A DNA stretch of 64,000 nt from a bacterium (GTDB lineage: Bacteria > JAMCPX01), in the NCBI GenBank assembly GCA_037439545.1, contig JBBIVV010000001.1, forward strand, positions 32,001-96,000. Reading direction: 5' to 3'. The position numbers and the translations under genes were made by a program. How positions within the stretch are numbered: position 1 is the stretch's first letter; the number at the start of each line of letters is the position of its first letter. The notes below the pieces were generated by a model. The model did not search any database. It had not been told where the DNA came from and worked only from the letters and a program-made list of their open reading frames with translations. This document shows positions 19,684 through 28,751 of this stretch, piece after piece.

Positions 19684-20940
19684 ATGAAAAGAATTTATAT
19701 TTTTATATTGATAATCTCTGCCATAACATTTTTTATGCCCGATAGAGCACACGCTATACCTGCTTTTGCAAGGAAATATGGATTTACCTGCACCATGTGT
19801 CATACTGCGTACCCGAAGCTCAATGACTTTGGACAGAGGTTCAGGGACAATGGCTATCAGATACCCGGGCAGGAGGGTTATGAAAAGAATGTTTTTGAAA
19901 TAGCACCGCCAATATCTTTAAGAACCACGACAGGGTTGACCATCTATGATTCAAAGCAGGGAACAACGTCAGGTTTCAATATTTATGGTCTTGATCTGCT
20001 CGCCGCAGGAGTATTGCATAAAAACATATCGTTTTTACTCATCTATACTCCGAGGATTGACGAACCCGCGGCAGATTACACGGGTCCCCAGGGAACCAAC
20101 CCATCACAGCTCGGTTCAATGGAATCGGCAAACATTGTGTTCAGCAATATCATCCATGACGCACTCAATCTGAGGATAGGGAGATTTGAACCGGCTTATC
20201 AGGCAATCAGTTCGCACCGATCGTTCTATATTATGGAACCTTATGAGGTGTATACATTTACCACGCCTTCAAACAGCTTTGTATTTGCAGACAATCAAAT
20301 GGGTGCCGAGGCTACGGGACATTTCAGGAGCGGATTTAAATACGCACTCGGTGTTGTTAATGGTAATGGCGGTAATCCTGATAACAACACCTATAAAGAT
20401 GTTTATGCGAATCTGTTTCAGGTAATAGGAAAAGGCGATGGACAGAGTGCGGGTCAGAGAATAGGCGTGTTCGGTTATTACGGCTGGCAGCCTGCTGTTC
20501 TGCCGGGGCCTGCAGCTGCACCGACAGGTGAGACGAATGGCGGCGGCAACAAGCCTTTCTACAGGCTCGGTGCAGATTTAAGCTTTAATTGGTCTACATT
20601 AAATTTTGAGGTGTTATATATGGCAGGCGTTGATGATAAGGCGCTTAACACATTGGATCCTACGAAAGGCTATGTTTATTCAGGAGGGTTTGCAGAGCTT
20701 GATTGGGCATTGCTTACCAATAACGGTCTTATAGCCTCTATAATTTACAATTGGGTCATACCTCCGGATTATGATAATGCCAGAACAGTCAACGCGTACT
20801 CGGTTCTTATGAGGTATTATCTTGGAGATTGGACAGCATACAACATCGCTTTACACGGCGAATATACCTACAGAGAAACGGGAAAGAACAGCCCACGAAG
20901 GGAAAATCTATTCACCGCATTAGTGGATTTTGCTTTCTGA
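19684..20940 (+). CDS. Cyc2-like fused monoheme cytochrome c / outer-membrane porin
   Basis: Signal peptide (AHA), then IPAFARKYGFTCTMCH...PKLNDFGQRFRDNGY; beta-strand-rich body; C-terminal Phe. Confidence 0.8.
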   Translation: MKRIYIFILIISAITFFMPDRAHAIPAFARKYGFTCTMCHTAYPKLNDFGQRFRDNGYQIPGQEGYEKNVFEIAPPISLRTTTGLTIYDSKQGTTSGFNIYGLDLLAAGVLHKNISFLLIYTPRIDEPAADYTGPQGTNPSQLGSMESANIVFSNIIHDALNLRIGRFEPAYQAISSHRSFYIMEPYEVYTFTTPSNSFVFADNQMGAEATGHFRSGFKYALGVVNGNGGNPDNNTYKDVYANLFQVIGKGDGQSAGQRIGVFGYYGWQPAVLPGPAAAPTGETNGGGNKPFYRLGADLSFNWSTLNFEVLYMAGVDDKALNTLDPTKGYVYSGGFAELDWALLTNNGLIASIIYNWVIPPDYDNARTVNAYSVLMRYYLGDWTAYNIALHGEYTYRETGKNSPRRENLFTALVDFAF

Positions 20941-20942
20941 TG

Positions 20943-21965
20943 TTACTCGCTGAAGCTGTAACTTAATCCTCCAATCCAGATAACCTGCGGTGCGGTAGAG
21001 AAAGAGCCTGTTGTTACCCTGTCAGACACTTTCTTTGAAACGGACAATTCTGCAGCTATAGCAATCCGCAATCCCCTGACCGGCGTGTAGAATAGTATGC
21101 CCGGTGTAATGTATAAAGGATTTTGATTCCATGATACACTCGAAAATGATGGATCGGTCAATGAATAAGAGCTGTAGCTGTCTGTAAATTGCGATGTAAA
21201 TTCGAGCATGGGTTCTATGTAATATTCCGGCAATGGGAATAAAAGCGAAATTCCCAGCAAGGTAAGTCCGTCTCCCCGTATACCCATAGCATATTTTCCA
21301 AGAGGAGGAATGAGATTGTTATCAGTCGAAGATAAGAGATTTTGTGTGTTATCCCACAGATAACCTATACGCAAGGTTGCAATAAGCGGGAATGACAGCT
21401 TCGATTTACTCATATCATAAGATGCAAGCAGACTCAGGGTATAGCTTGCTGCATTGCCATTGTATCCAATGGCTCCAACCTTGCTGTAAAGCAGGGCTTC
21501 CGTCAGGATACCGATACTCAGGTCCGGTATTACTTCATAGCTTCCCTTTATACCTATCTTTAAGTCGCCGGAATAATGTAAGGATTGTGATGAAGTAACA
21601 ATACTTGAAGAATCGAGAGAACCGAGAGATATTTCAAGATACTGAAGCGGTGCATACGATAGTGCTCCATACACGGTATTGTTCTCGAGTTTATTGCCTT
21701 GTCCTAAAAAATTATTCTGCGATGCATACGCATCATATACGGCAATATTGGCCCTTCCTTTCGTTATAAACGCCGACGGGACATTGATAGAACCGCTCTG
21801 ACCTGTGACAGAAACCTCTGTTCCCCTTGAAAGAGCGTTATGGCTCTCTATGGTATCAAAAGATGGGACAGTGATTGAATTGTTTTGACCTGTTGCAGGA
21901 GACTCTGCGCCTGCAACCCCGGTAAATAGTATAAGACATAAAAGAGTAATGACATAGGTTTTCAT
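20943..21965 (-). CDS. Hypothetical exported, probably outer-membrane beta-barrel protein
   Basis: Signal peptide, alternating hydrophobic strands, C-terminal GGLSYSF; AGGAGAGG SD. Confidence 0.65.
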   Translation of the reverse strand: MKTYVITLLCLILFTGVAGAESPATGQNNSITVPSFDTIESHNALSRGTEVSVTGQSGSINVPSAFITKGRANIAVYDAYASQNNFLGQGNKLENNTVYGALSYAPLQYLEISLGSLDSSSIVTSSQSLHYSGDLKIGIKGSYEVIPDLSIGILTEALLYSKVGAIGYNGNAASYTLSLLASYDMSKSKLSFPLIATLRIGYLWDNTQNLLSSTDNNLIPPLGKYAMGIRGDGLTLLGISLLFPLPEYYIEPMLEFTSQFTDSYSSYSLTDPSFSSVSWNQNPLYITPGILFYTPVRGLRIAIAAELSVSKKVSDRVTTGSFSTAPQVIWIGGLSYSFSE

Positions 21966-22012
21966 AACCTCTCCTTTTTTGATTTCTTATATAACAGGTG
22001 TACGCACAAGTT

Positions 22013-23098
22013 TCAATGTTTGCTTTTATGTTTGTACCGGTGTTTGATTTGCGCAGGACTTTTCAAGGTATGACTATGTTTTGTGTTTATGTAATCCTTG
22101 GCCCACGGATCATCTTTGTAAGATTCTATCCAGTCAATCTTCTTGAAGTATTTGGAACAGTAAAAGCAGGAGAAGTAATCAAGTTCCGTAATACCGCCGT
22201 TCTTTATCAGGTCTATCTTATCTTTGTTGAATTTGTTAATCGCGTCTGCCCACATTTTATGCGCATCAAACAGGCTGACCGTGTTAAGGTCTGCTATTAT
22301 ATCGAGTTCGTCCGGCGACCCCGTGTAGCCGGATATCTGGCAGCAGAAGGTAAGCCTGCCTTTGTAATCAATATTCGGCGAGTACATGGTGAGCGCCCTG
22401 CACTGGTAGAACAGGACGGGCTCATGATGTCCGAGAGAAAAGTTTATATCGATCTTCATTATGCTCTTTAACTTCTCGACCCTCTGTTCCGCTTCCCTGT
22501 ATTGTTCGGGAGATAGTACGAGGTCCTGTTCGAATGCGAGGGGGGTCGGCTCAAGGTGCGCATAGAAAAGCCTTTTCAGACCGAGTTCAGATGCAAGGAC
22601 CGCCATTTTTTCTATGTCATCGAAGTTTTTTTTATTTACCGTGATCTGAACGCTTATGTCGATGCCTTTTACCTTCAGTATGCTTATTGCCTGCATTATC
22701 TTTCTGAACGAGCCTTTTCCTCTGATATAATCATGGGTCTCGTCCGTTGCACCGTCTAAAGAAATAGAAATGCCGGATAGTTTACCGAGCCTGCCCGGTG
22801 ATTCCGGGTCATTCAGCGTTTTCCATACAGAGGGAAAGTTCCATGCATTTGTGACAAAATGGTATGTATATCCATACCGGACAACTGTATCTATGATCTT
22901 ATCGAACTGGGGATGCAGCGTCGGCTCACCTCCGGTAAAGGCAATGTGCTTAAGGTTGTATGACTTTGCCTGCTTCAGGATCTTATCGAAAAGTTCGAGT
23001 GATATATAACTCTTCATATCGACCTTATCCCTTAAACAGTGCCTGCAGGATAGATTGCATTTATTGGTAAGCTCAAAGCTCATTTCATAAAATGACAT
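22013..23098 (-). CDS. Radical SAM enzyme with C-terminal Cys-containing (Twitch/SPASM-like) extension
   Basis: ELTNKCNLSCRHC, FTGGEP, ISLDG...HDYIRG; C-terminal C...FCC...CFYC. Confidence 0.92.
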   Translation of the reverse strand: MSFYEMSFELTNKCNLSCRHCLRDKVDMKSYISLELFDKILKQAKSYNLKHIAFTGGEPTLHPQFDKIIDTVVRYGYTYHFVTNAWNFPSVWKTLNDPESPGRLGKLSGISISLDGATDETHDYIRGKGSFRKIMQAISILKVKGIDISVQITVNKKNFDDIEKMAVLASELGLKRLFYAHLEPTPLAFEQDLVLSPEQYREAEQRVEKLKSIMKIDINFSLGHHEPVLFYQCRALTMYSPNIDYKGRLTFCCQISGYTGSPDELDIIADLNTVSLFDAHKMWADAINKFNKDKIDLIKNGGITELDYFSCFYCSKYFKKIDWIESYKDDPWAKDYINTKHSHTLKSPAQIKHRYKHKSKH

Positions 23099-23107
23099 GT
23101 TTTCTCC

Positions 23108-24067
23108 TTATTCCTTTATACCGTCTAACACGATCAAAGGATTTTTCAAAAGATCCCTGCCGCAGAAACACCGGTAGGCTTTCGTCTGATGCAAGAGTAT
23201 CTTTAATGCATGCATATGGCGGTCTGCATGTATCTTATTGAAAAATACCATAAGTGATTGAGGCAGAAGCATTGACATTGCCTGTGTTTCGCCGATGGGT
23301 TCCGTTATCGTTTTTTTGGTGCCTGTACGCTCAACGAAAAGTATAATATCAGGTGTGATACTATCAATCGTTTTGAAATTTCCGTAGGGTATGGATGATT
23401 TTTTAAAAGGTGGTCTTGGCAGGCGCACATCTTTTAAGAGATGACTGAAATGCCGGATCGTATTTCCGGTTACATGGATATCTTTTTTAAAACCGATTGC
23501 TGATATTCTGTTCTTGCCCTGCTTCATGAGTACGGCATCATCGGCACACATCTTCCAGCCGTTGAAAGCAAGTCCGAGGGTAAGCGTCGTTTTTCCCGAC
23601 ATGCCCATTCCGCACACGAGGATAGAATGCCTGCCGTCGGTAACAGCTCCGGCATGCAGGTAATAGAGTTTATGATGCCTGAGGAGCTCTATGAGAGCTA
23701 TTGTCAGAAAAATCGACACGAATTCAGTACCCCTTTTCAGGGTTGCAGAATCGACAAAAGCAATTGATTTTCCTTCTTTTGCATGAACGATCATAAAAGT
23801 ATTATCGTCCGATAATAACAGGGTATCATCATCAAGAATATATCCTTTTATTCTGCCGTAGGTAAATAATAACGTAGTGCTCGCATCGGGTTTCAACGGT
23901 ATCTTATGTGAAGTATAAAGTTTTATGTTTATATCATGAGGCTCGTTGCCGGATTGTGATGCGTTATATCCCGCAAAGAATGCCTTTACAGTGCCGAGCA
24001 ATACCTGTTCATCCGCTTCGATCAATATTCTTATTCCGGATATTTGAAATGAGAATCTTAAGTCCAT
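23108..24067 (-). CDS. HPr kinase-related P-loop kinase
   Basis: LHAGAV, Walker A GMGMSGKTT, CADD signature of the HprK C-terminal-like fold. Confidence 0.82.
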   Translation of the reverse strand: MDLRFSFQISGIRILIEADEQVLLGTVKAFFAGYNASQSGNEPHDINIKLYTSHKIPLKPDASTTLLFTYGRIKGYILDDDTLLLSDDNTFMIVHAKEGKSIAFVDSATLKRGTEFVSIFLTIALIELLRHHKLYYLHAGAVTDGRHSILVCGMGMSGKTTLTLGLAFNGWKMCADDAVLMKQGKNRISAIGFKKDIHVTGNTIRHFSHLLKDVRLPRPPFKKSSIPYGNFKTIDSITPDIILFVERTGTKKTITEPIGETQAMSMLLPQSLMVFFNKIHADRHMHALKILLHQTKAYRCFCGRDLLKNPLIVLDGIKE

Positions 24068-24762
24068 TATGAAAAAAGCCTTCTCGCAAGTTCTAATCTA
24101 TCAATTTTGCCGATATCGATCCATAAGCCATTATGCACATATCCGGCAATAAGCCCGTTATTTTTAAGCAGCCCGGGATACATATGCACGGTTGTGGAAG
24201 GCTGTTTAATATTTACCGGTATATAATCCATTACGGATGGTTTTACGAATTGAATCCCGGTAAATATATAGGGGGAAGTATCGGGGGAGGGGGTAAAAAG
24301 GCTTTTAATATATCCCTTACGGTCGAGATAGATGTTTGCGATATTAACCTCATTCTGTTTTGCTTTATAGAGCACCATGACGGCATCGGCACCTCTGTCG
24401 TTCAACAGTGGAGGCAGGAGAGAAAGGTCGATGTCGAATAAAATATCGCTGTTTATGAGATAAAATGGCTCATCAAGGAATTTTTTTGCCCACAACAGTG
24501 CACCTGCAGTCCCCTGAATCTCAGGCTCATAGGAATAATGCAGATCTATTCCCTGTATTGAGCTGTTACCGAGTTTCTCCCGGATCATTTCTCCAAGATG
24601 ATGAAGGTTTATGATTACACTTTTCACGCCCGCCTTTTTTAGGGCGGCAAGCGTATGTTCGATGACCGGTTTGCCGTTTATATCGACAAGAGGCTTTGGA
24701 ATGCTTTCAGTGATGGGCTTAAGCCTCGTTCCAAAGCCGGCTGCAAGTATCATTGCTTTCAT
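24067..24762 (-). CDS. Sugar-1-phosphate nucleotidyltransferase (MurU-like NTP_transferase)
   Basis: MKAMILAAGFGTRLKP...PKPL, GTAG, NSD, WIDIG. Confidence 0.9.
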   Translation of the reverse strand: MKAMILAAGFGTRLKPITESIPKPLVDINGKPVIEHTLAALKKAGVKSVIINLHHLGEMIREKLGNSSIQGIDLHYSYEPEIQGTAGALLWAKKFLDEPFYLINSDILFDIDLSLLPPLLNDRGADAVMVLYKAKQNEVNIANIYLDRKGYIKSLFTPSPDTSPYIFTGIQFVKPSVMDYIPVNIKQPSTTVHMYPGLLKNNGLIAGYVHNGLWIDIGKIDRLELARRLFS

Positions 24763-24984
24763 GATTATCCTATTAACATAAAACAATTAAAACAAAATAA
24801 CAACAGAGAGCCTATGCCAGGGTGCGCATGGAATGCGGTTGCATGTTTGTGAGCTGTGGCTCGATCGGTTTCTTGCAAAAAAATATATATTATGATATAA
24901 GTTAAAAACTTCTTTGTTGAAGCATTATCATTAAAAATACATGCCATGGTGCATGAAAGTATAACACTATACGGAGGTGTCGGT

Positions 24985-25947
24985 TTGAAGTCATTGATTA
25001 CAGGCGGGGCCGGGTTTATCGGTTCACATTTATGCGAGGAACTTTTAAAGAGGGGAGACGAACTCTTCATACTGGATAATCTGTCGACGGGCAGTATGGA
25101 TAATATAAAGCATATAAAAGACAGGAAAGGCTTTAACCTGATCATAGATTCGGTATTAAATAAACCTGTGCTCGAAGAATTGATGAGTAAATCAGACAGG
25201 GTATTCCATCTCGCTGCTGCCGTCGGAGTCAAATTGATCATGGAAAAGCCCGTCGATACCATTGAAACAAATGTTCTTGGTACGGAGAATGTATTGAGTC
25301 TTGCAAACAAATACCGGAAAAAAGTGCTTATTGCATCTACATCGGAGGTATACGGCAAGCACAAGGATCATACATTGAATGAACTCAGCAACATGGTTTT
25401 GGGTCCGACAAGGAAAAGAAGATGGGCTTATGCATGTACCAAGGCGCTGGATGAGTTTCTTGCGTTCGCTTACTTTGACGAGAAGAAATTGCCCGTCGTT
25501 GTGGTAAGATTTTTCAATACAATCGGTCCACGGCAGACGGGGCAATATGGAATGGTCGTTCCAAAATTTATAAAAAGTGCGCTTCTCGGTAACCCCATAA
25601 CGGTATTTGGAAACGGCACACAGTCCAGAAGCTTTACGTATGTAAAAGATGCGGTAAGAGCTGTGCTTATGCTTATGGACAATCCTGCCGCCGAGGGCGA
25701 AGTATTTAACATAGGCGATGGAAGGGAAATAACCGTGCTCGAACTTGCAAAAAAAATAAAAGAGCTTACCAAAAGTTCCTCGGAGATTACTTTTGTTTCT
25801 TATGATGATGCTTATGGCAAGGGATTTGAAGATATGGAGAGACGTGCTCCTGACATATCCAAGATACGGCAATTGATAGGCTATGAACCGTCGGTCAACC
25901 TCAATCAGAGTTTAGAGATTATCATTCAACATATGAAGAACGGATAA
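24985..25947 (+). CDS. NAD-dependent NDP-sugar epimerase/dehydratase/decarboxylase (SDR)
   Basis: ITGGAGFIGS, ASTSEVYG, YACTK, RFFNTIGPRQ; TTG start behind GGAGGT. Confidence 0.92.
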   Translation: MKSLITGGAGFIGSHLCEELLKRGDELFILDNLSTGSMDNIKHIKDRKGFNLIIDSVLNKPVLEELMSKSDRVFHLAAAVGVKLIMEKPVDTIETNVLGTENVLSLANKYRKKVLIASTSEVYGKHKDHTLNELSNMVLGPTRKRRWAYACTKALDEFLAFAYFDEKKLPVVVVRFFNTIGPRQTGQYGMVVPKFIKSALLGNPITVFGNGTQSRSFTYVKDAVRAVLMLMDNPAAEGEVFNIGDGREITVLELAKKIKELTKSSSEITFVSYDDAYGKGFEDMERRAPDISKIRQLIGYEPSVNLNQSLEIIIQHMKNG

Positions 25948-25989
25948 TTTGCCCCGTGTGGAGACGTAGTCCTCCAACAGTGTTTACCG

Positions 25990-27354
25990 CTATTTTATCG
26001 TTGCGATAACACTCTGTGTTGCCGGAGAGATTACATAAATGGAATTGGTGAGTATGTCCGTGATGTAAGCCTGGTTCGTTATTTGATCCATAATGACATT
26101 TTCCGGAAACCCGATTCCCGTCAGTATCTTGATATTCTGAGCCGCTATCGTATTGAACGTGAACATATCATTGTTGTTCAGCGCTGTTGTGCCCGGGTTT
26201 ATATAAAATGATACCCCATCGTTTATACTGTCAAAAAATGTCCCGTTACGTGCAGGGTTTGCCTGCAGTCCTGAAACAGTCCCCGCGACAGTATAATTTT
26301 TTGCACCTGAATTATAAACGACTGTCCATATCTCGGATTGTGTCGTGCAATCATTGGTAATAATGGATTGTATTGAGGATGCCAAGGAAGCAGGAATGGA
26401 GCTTGTGAGCCTAAGTCCCGTGAATGAGCTTGGTGTCAAAGGTATATTGCACCCGTGGTCGATATTCAAGAAATGTATGTATCCATTCGCATTGGCAACA
26501 ATCCCGAGATATGAAAAATGATCGTCATCGAGCGCTACTCTCTGCGGTGTGATGGTGAAATCATAAGGTATGCCCGGCACAGTGAATTCATAACCCGTAA
26601 TGCCGTTTTCTGTGTTTATAGATTCGAAGTTGTAGCCTGTAGAAGTATATACCATCGCATAAAGCATGGTATTCGCATACTGATTGACAATGCCGCCGAT
26701 AACGGAAACGGGATAATCCGTAACAATCCTCTTAATCTCTATAAGGGTGTACGGATCCAACACGGATATGAACGGCTGATCATTAGATGAAACAAACAGT
26801 TCACGGTTGTCAGGCCCTGTTATCATCGATGACGGAGTAAACGTTAAACTGGTGAATGTCGACGGCGTTATGACATTGCTGACGGTAAATGATTCGAGAT
26901 AAAAATTGTCATTCTGTGCATCAAGGACGAATAGCGTCGAAGTCTGGGGAATGAGCAGTGTTTTCAGCGGATAGCCTCTCAGATATATGGTGCTCGTCGT
27001 CTGGTTTGTCAGAAGGTTCAATGATTCAAGCAAACCCGCAGCTTGCGTGAATCCCGCAACATAGAGATAACTGTCGTTATATGCGAGTGATTTTGGATAC
27101 ATATTCATCTGCAGCGCATGGGTTCCTGCCGGGGTCGTAATCGGCATGACGCTGTTTGTCGCTGTGTTTATTTCCGATATGGTACCGGTAAATGTGTTTG
27201 CGACAAAGAGTGTTCTTGTATTCGATAAAGGCAGATAACCGAGGGTCATTGCAGACGGATAGGTAAAGTTGGTTTGGGTCGATGATGTCGAACTGCATGC
27301 AGAAACCATGAGCAGGAGAATAAAAGACAGGGATGCCTGAATAATCTTTTTCAT
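25990..27354 (-). CDS. YncE/YVTN-like beta-propeller lipoprotein
   Basis: Lipobox VSAC; LFVANTFTGTISEI and AYITDILTNSIYVI blades. Confidence 0.72.
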   Translation of the reverse strand: MKKIIQASLSFILLLMVSACSSTSSTQTNFTYPSAMTLGYLPLSNTRTLFVANTFTGTISEINTATNSVMPITTPAGTHALQMNMYPKSLAYNDSYLYVAGFTQAAGLLESLNLLTNQTTSTIYLRGYPLKTLLIPQTSTLFVLDAQNDNFYLESFTVSNVITPSTFTSLTFTPSSMITGPDNRELFVSSNDQPFISVLDPYTLIEIKRIVTDYPVSVIGGIVNQYANTMLYAMVYTSTGYNFESINTENGITGYEFTVPGIPYDFTITPQRVALDDDHFSYLGIVANANGYIHFLNIDHGCNIPLTPSSFTGLRLTSSIPASLASSIQSIITNDCTTQSEIWTVVYNSGAKNYTVAGTVSGLQANPARNGTFFDSINDGVSFYINPGTTALNNNDMFTFNTIAAQNIKILTGIGFPENVIMDQITNQAYITDILTNSIYVISPATQSVIATIK

Positions 27355-28751
27355 TTTAATGTGCCCACAATAGTAAAATTGGTCAGATCTATAACGTCAA
27401 GATTGTTGTCCCCATAATTCAACTCGTAAAGATAGTGCTGATCCGGAGATAGAACCATTGAAAATGGACCTTGCCCGACACTGATTCTTCCTATCACTGA
27501 TTCCGTATTGGTATCGATGACGTAGATTGTATTGGAGTTATAGCATGCTACATAAAGCGTAGAGCCGTCAGCGCTGAGCGCCATGGCCTCTGGAGATTTG
27601 CCGACTTTAATGTAGTTTTCAACCGTATTGCTGCCGGTAGCGATGACAACGACGCTGTCCAGCCCCTTATAACTGACGAAAACTTTTCTCATGTCCGGCG
27701 TCATGACGATGCCTTTCGTCACAGGAGTAGCAGTGCCTATACCTGCACCGGGAAGGTTCGGTATGTTTATCAAACCGCTCGATGCGGTCGTATAAAAAGT
27801 AAAGCTTTCTCCGGATACGAACGGATAAACCGGATCGTAGATCGTGAAGCCGGCATCACCGTTATCCGATGTATAAGGTATGCCTGCACGCGCATGTGCT
27901 TTCATAGGTCCTGAAACAGAACCGTTTACTAAAAAATCGGATGTTGCCGGTGTAAAACTTAATGTCCATTCCTCTGATTTGGTCTGACAATTTTGTGTTT
28001 GCACGGACGACATAGTCTCAGTCCTGCCATAGGTATTTGTGTTGAATACGGGCAGGGTAGCAGAGCTTGGAAACATCGGATTGAACTCGCAATGATTATT
28101 TATCGAAACAACGGATATGTTGTTGTCAGCGCCTCTTGCTATATATGCATACATGTCCGGAGGTTGATTATTAATAACAACCGGTGACGGTGTAACGACA
28201 GCATTTAAAGGGGATGCCCCCAAACCATTATTTGTCAATTGGATTCTGTAGAGCTCCTTCTGCTGTATCGAAGAAATTATGGATACGTCATTTCCCGAGA
28301 GATTACATGAAAGCATCAACTGATCCCCGTCTACGCTGCCTATCGGTACCACTGCCGTGGGGTTTTGATCGACCTGTATACCCGATGTTATCGTATTTAT
28401 TGCAGTATCAAAAATTAAAATTCTGCTGTTTGATCTGTCTGTAAGCCAGAGGAGTCCTGTCGATGAAAGGTATGCACCGGCAATGTACGATATGTCCGAT
28501 CCTTTATAGCGCATCGGTGCAACATTGGAATAAGAAGGTTGAGTGGGCGATGACAGCGAAATCATGGATATATAGCTTGAACAATATCTCGCATCAGCAT
28601 TGCTGTTTAGAACATAAAGAAAGTTGTCCTGCTTCATAATCATAGACACAGGTCCATCCATGGAATTTAAAGGCGGAGGTGTGCATTTTGGCGTATAGAC
28701 ACAGCCCCCGGAAAACACCGCTAAAAATGTCATTATAATTACATTTTTCAT
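27351..28751 (-). CDS. YncE/YVTN-like beta-propeller lipoprotein
   Basis: Signal ending SGGC; KVGKSPEAMALSADGSTLYVA and SVGQGPFSMVLSPDQHYLY repeats; ATG overlaps the yidC stop. Confidence 0.8.
   Translation of the reverse strand: MKNVIIMTFLAVFSGGCVYTPKCTPPPLNSMDGPVSMIMKQDNFLYVLNSNADARYCSSYISMISLSSPTQPSYSNVAPMRYKGSDISYIAGAYLSSTGLLWLTDRSNSRILIFDTAINTITSGIQVDQNPTAVVPIGSVDGDQLMLSCNLSGNDVSIISSIQQKELYRIQLTNNGLGASPLNAVVTPSPVVINNQPPDMYAYIARGADNNISVVSINNHCEFNPMFPSSATLPVFNTNTYGRTETMSSVQTQNCQTKSEEWTLSFTPATSDFLVNGSVSGPMKAHARAGIPYTSDNGDAGFTIYDPVYPFVSGESFTFYTTASSGLINIPNLPGAGIGTATPVTKGIVMTPDMRKVFVSYKGLDSVVVIATGSNTVENYIKVGKSPEAMALSADGSTLYVACYNSNTIYVIDTNTESVIGRISVGQGPFSMVLSPDQHYLYELNYGDNNLDVIDLTNFTIVGTLK

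Noticed and set aside
24765..25872. 199-aa and 226-aa minus-strand ORFs
   Set aside because: Antisense to the well-supported SDR epimerase.
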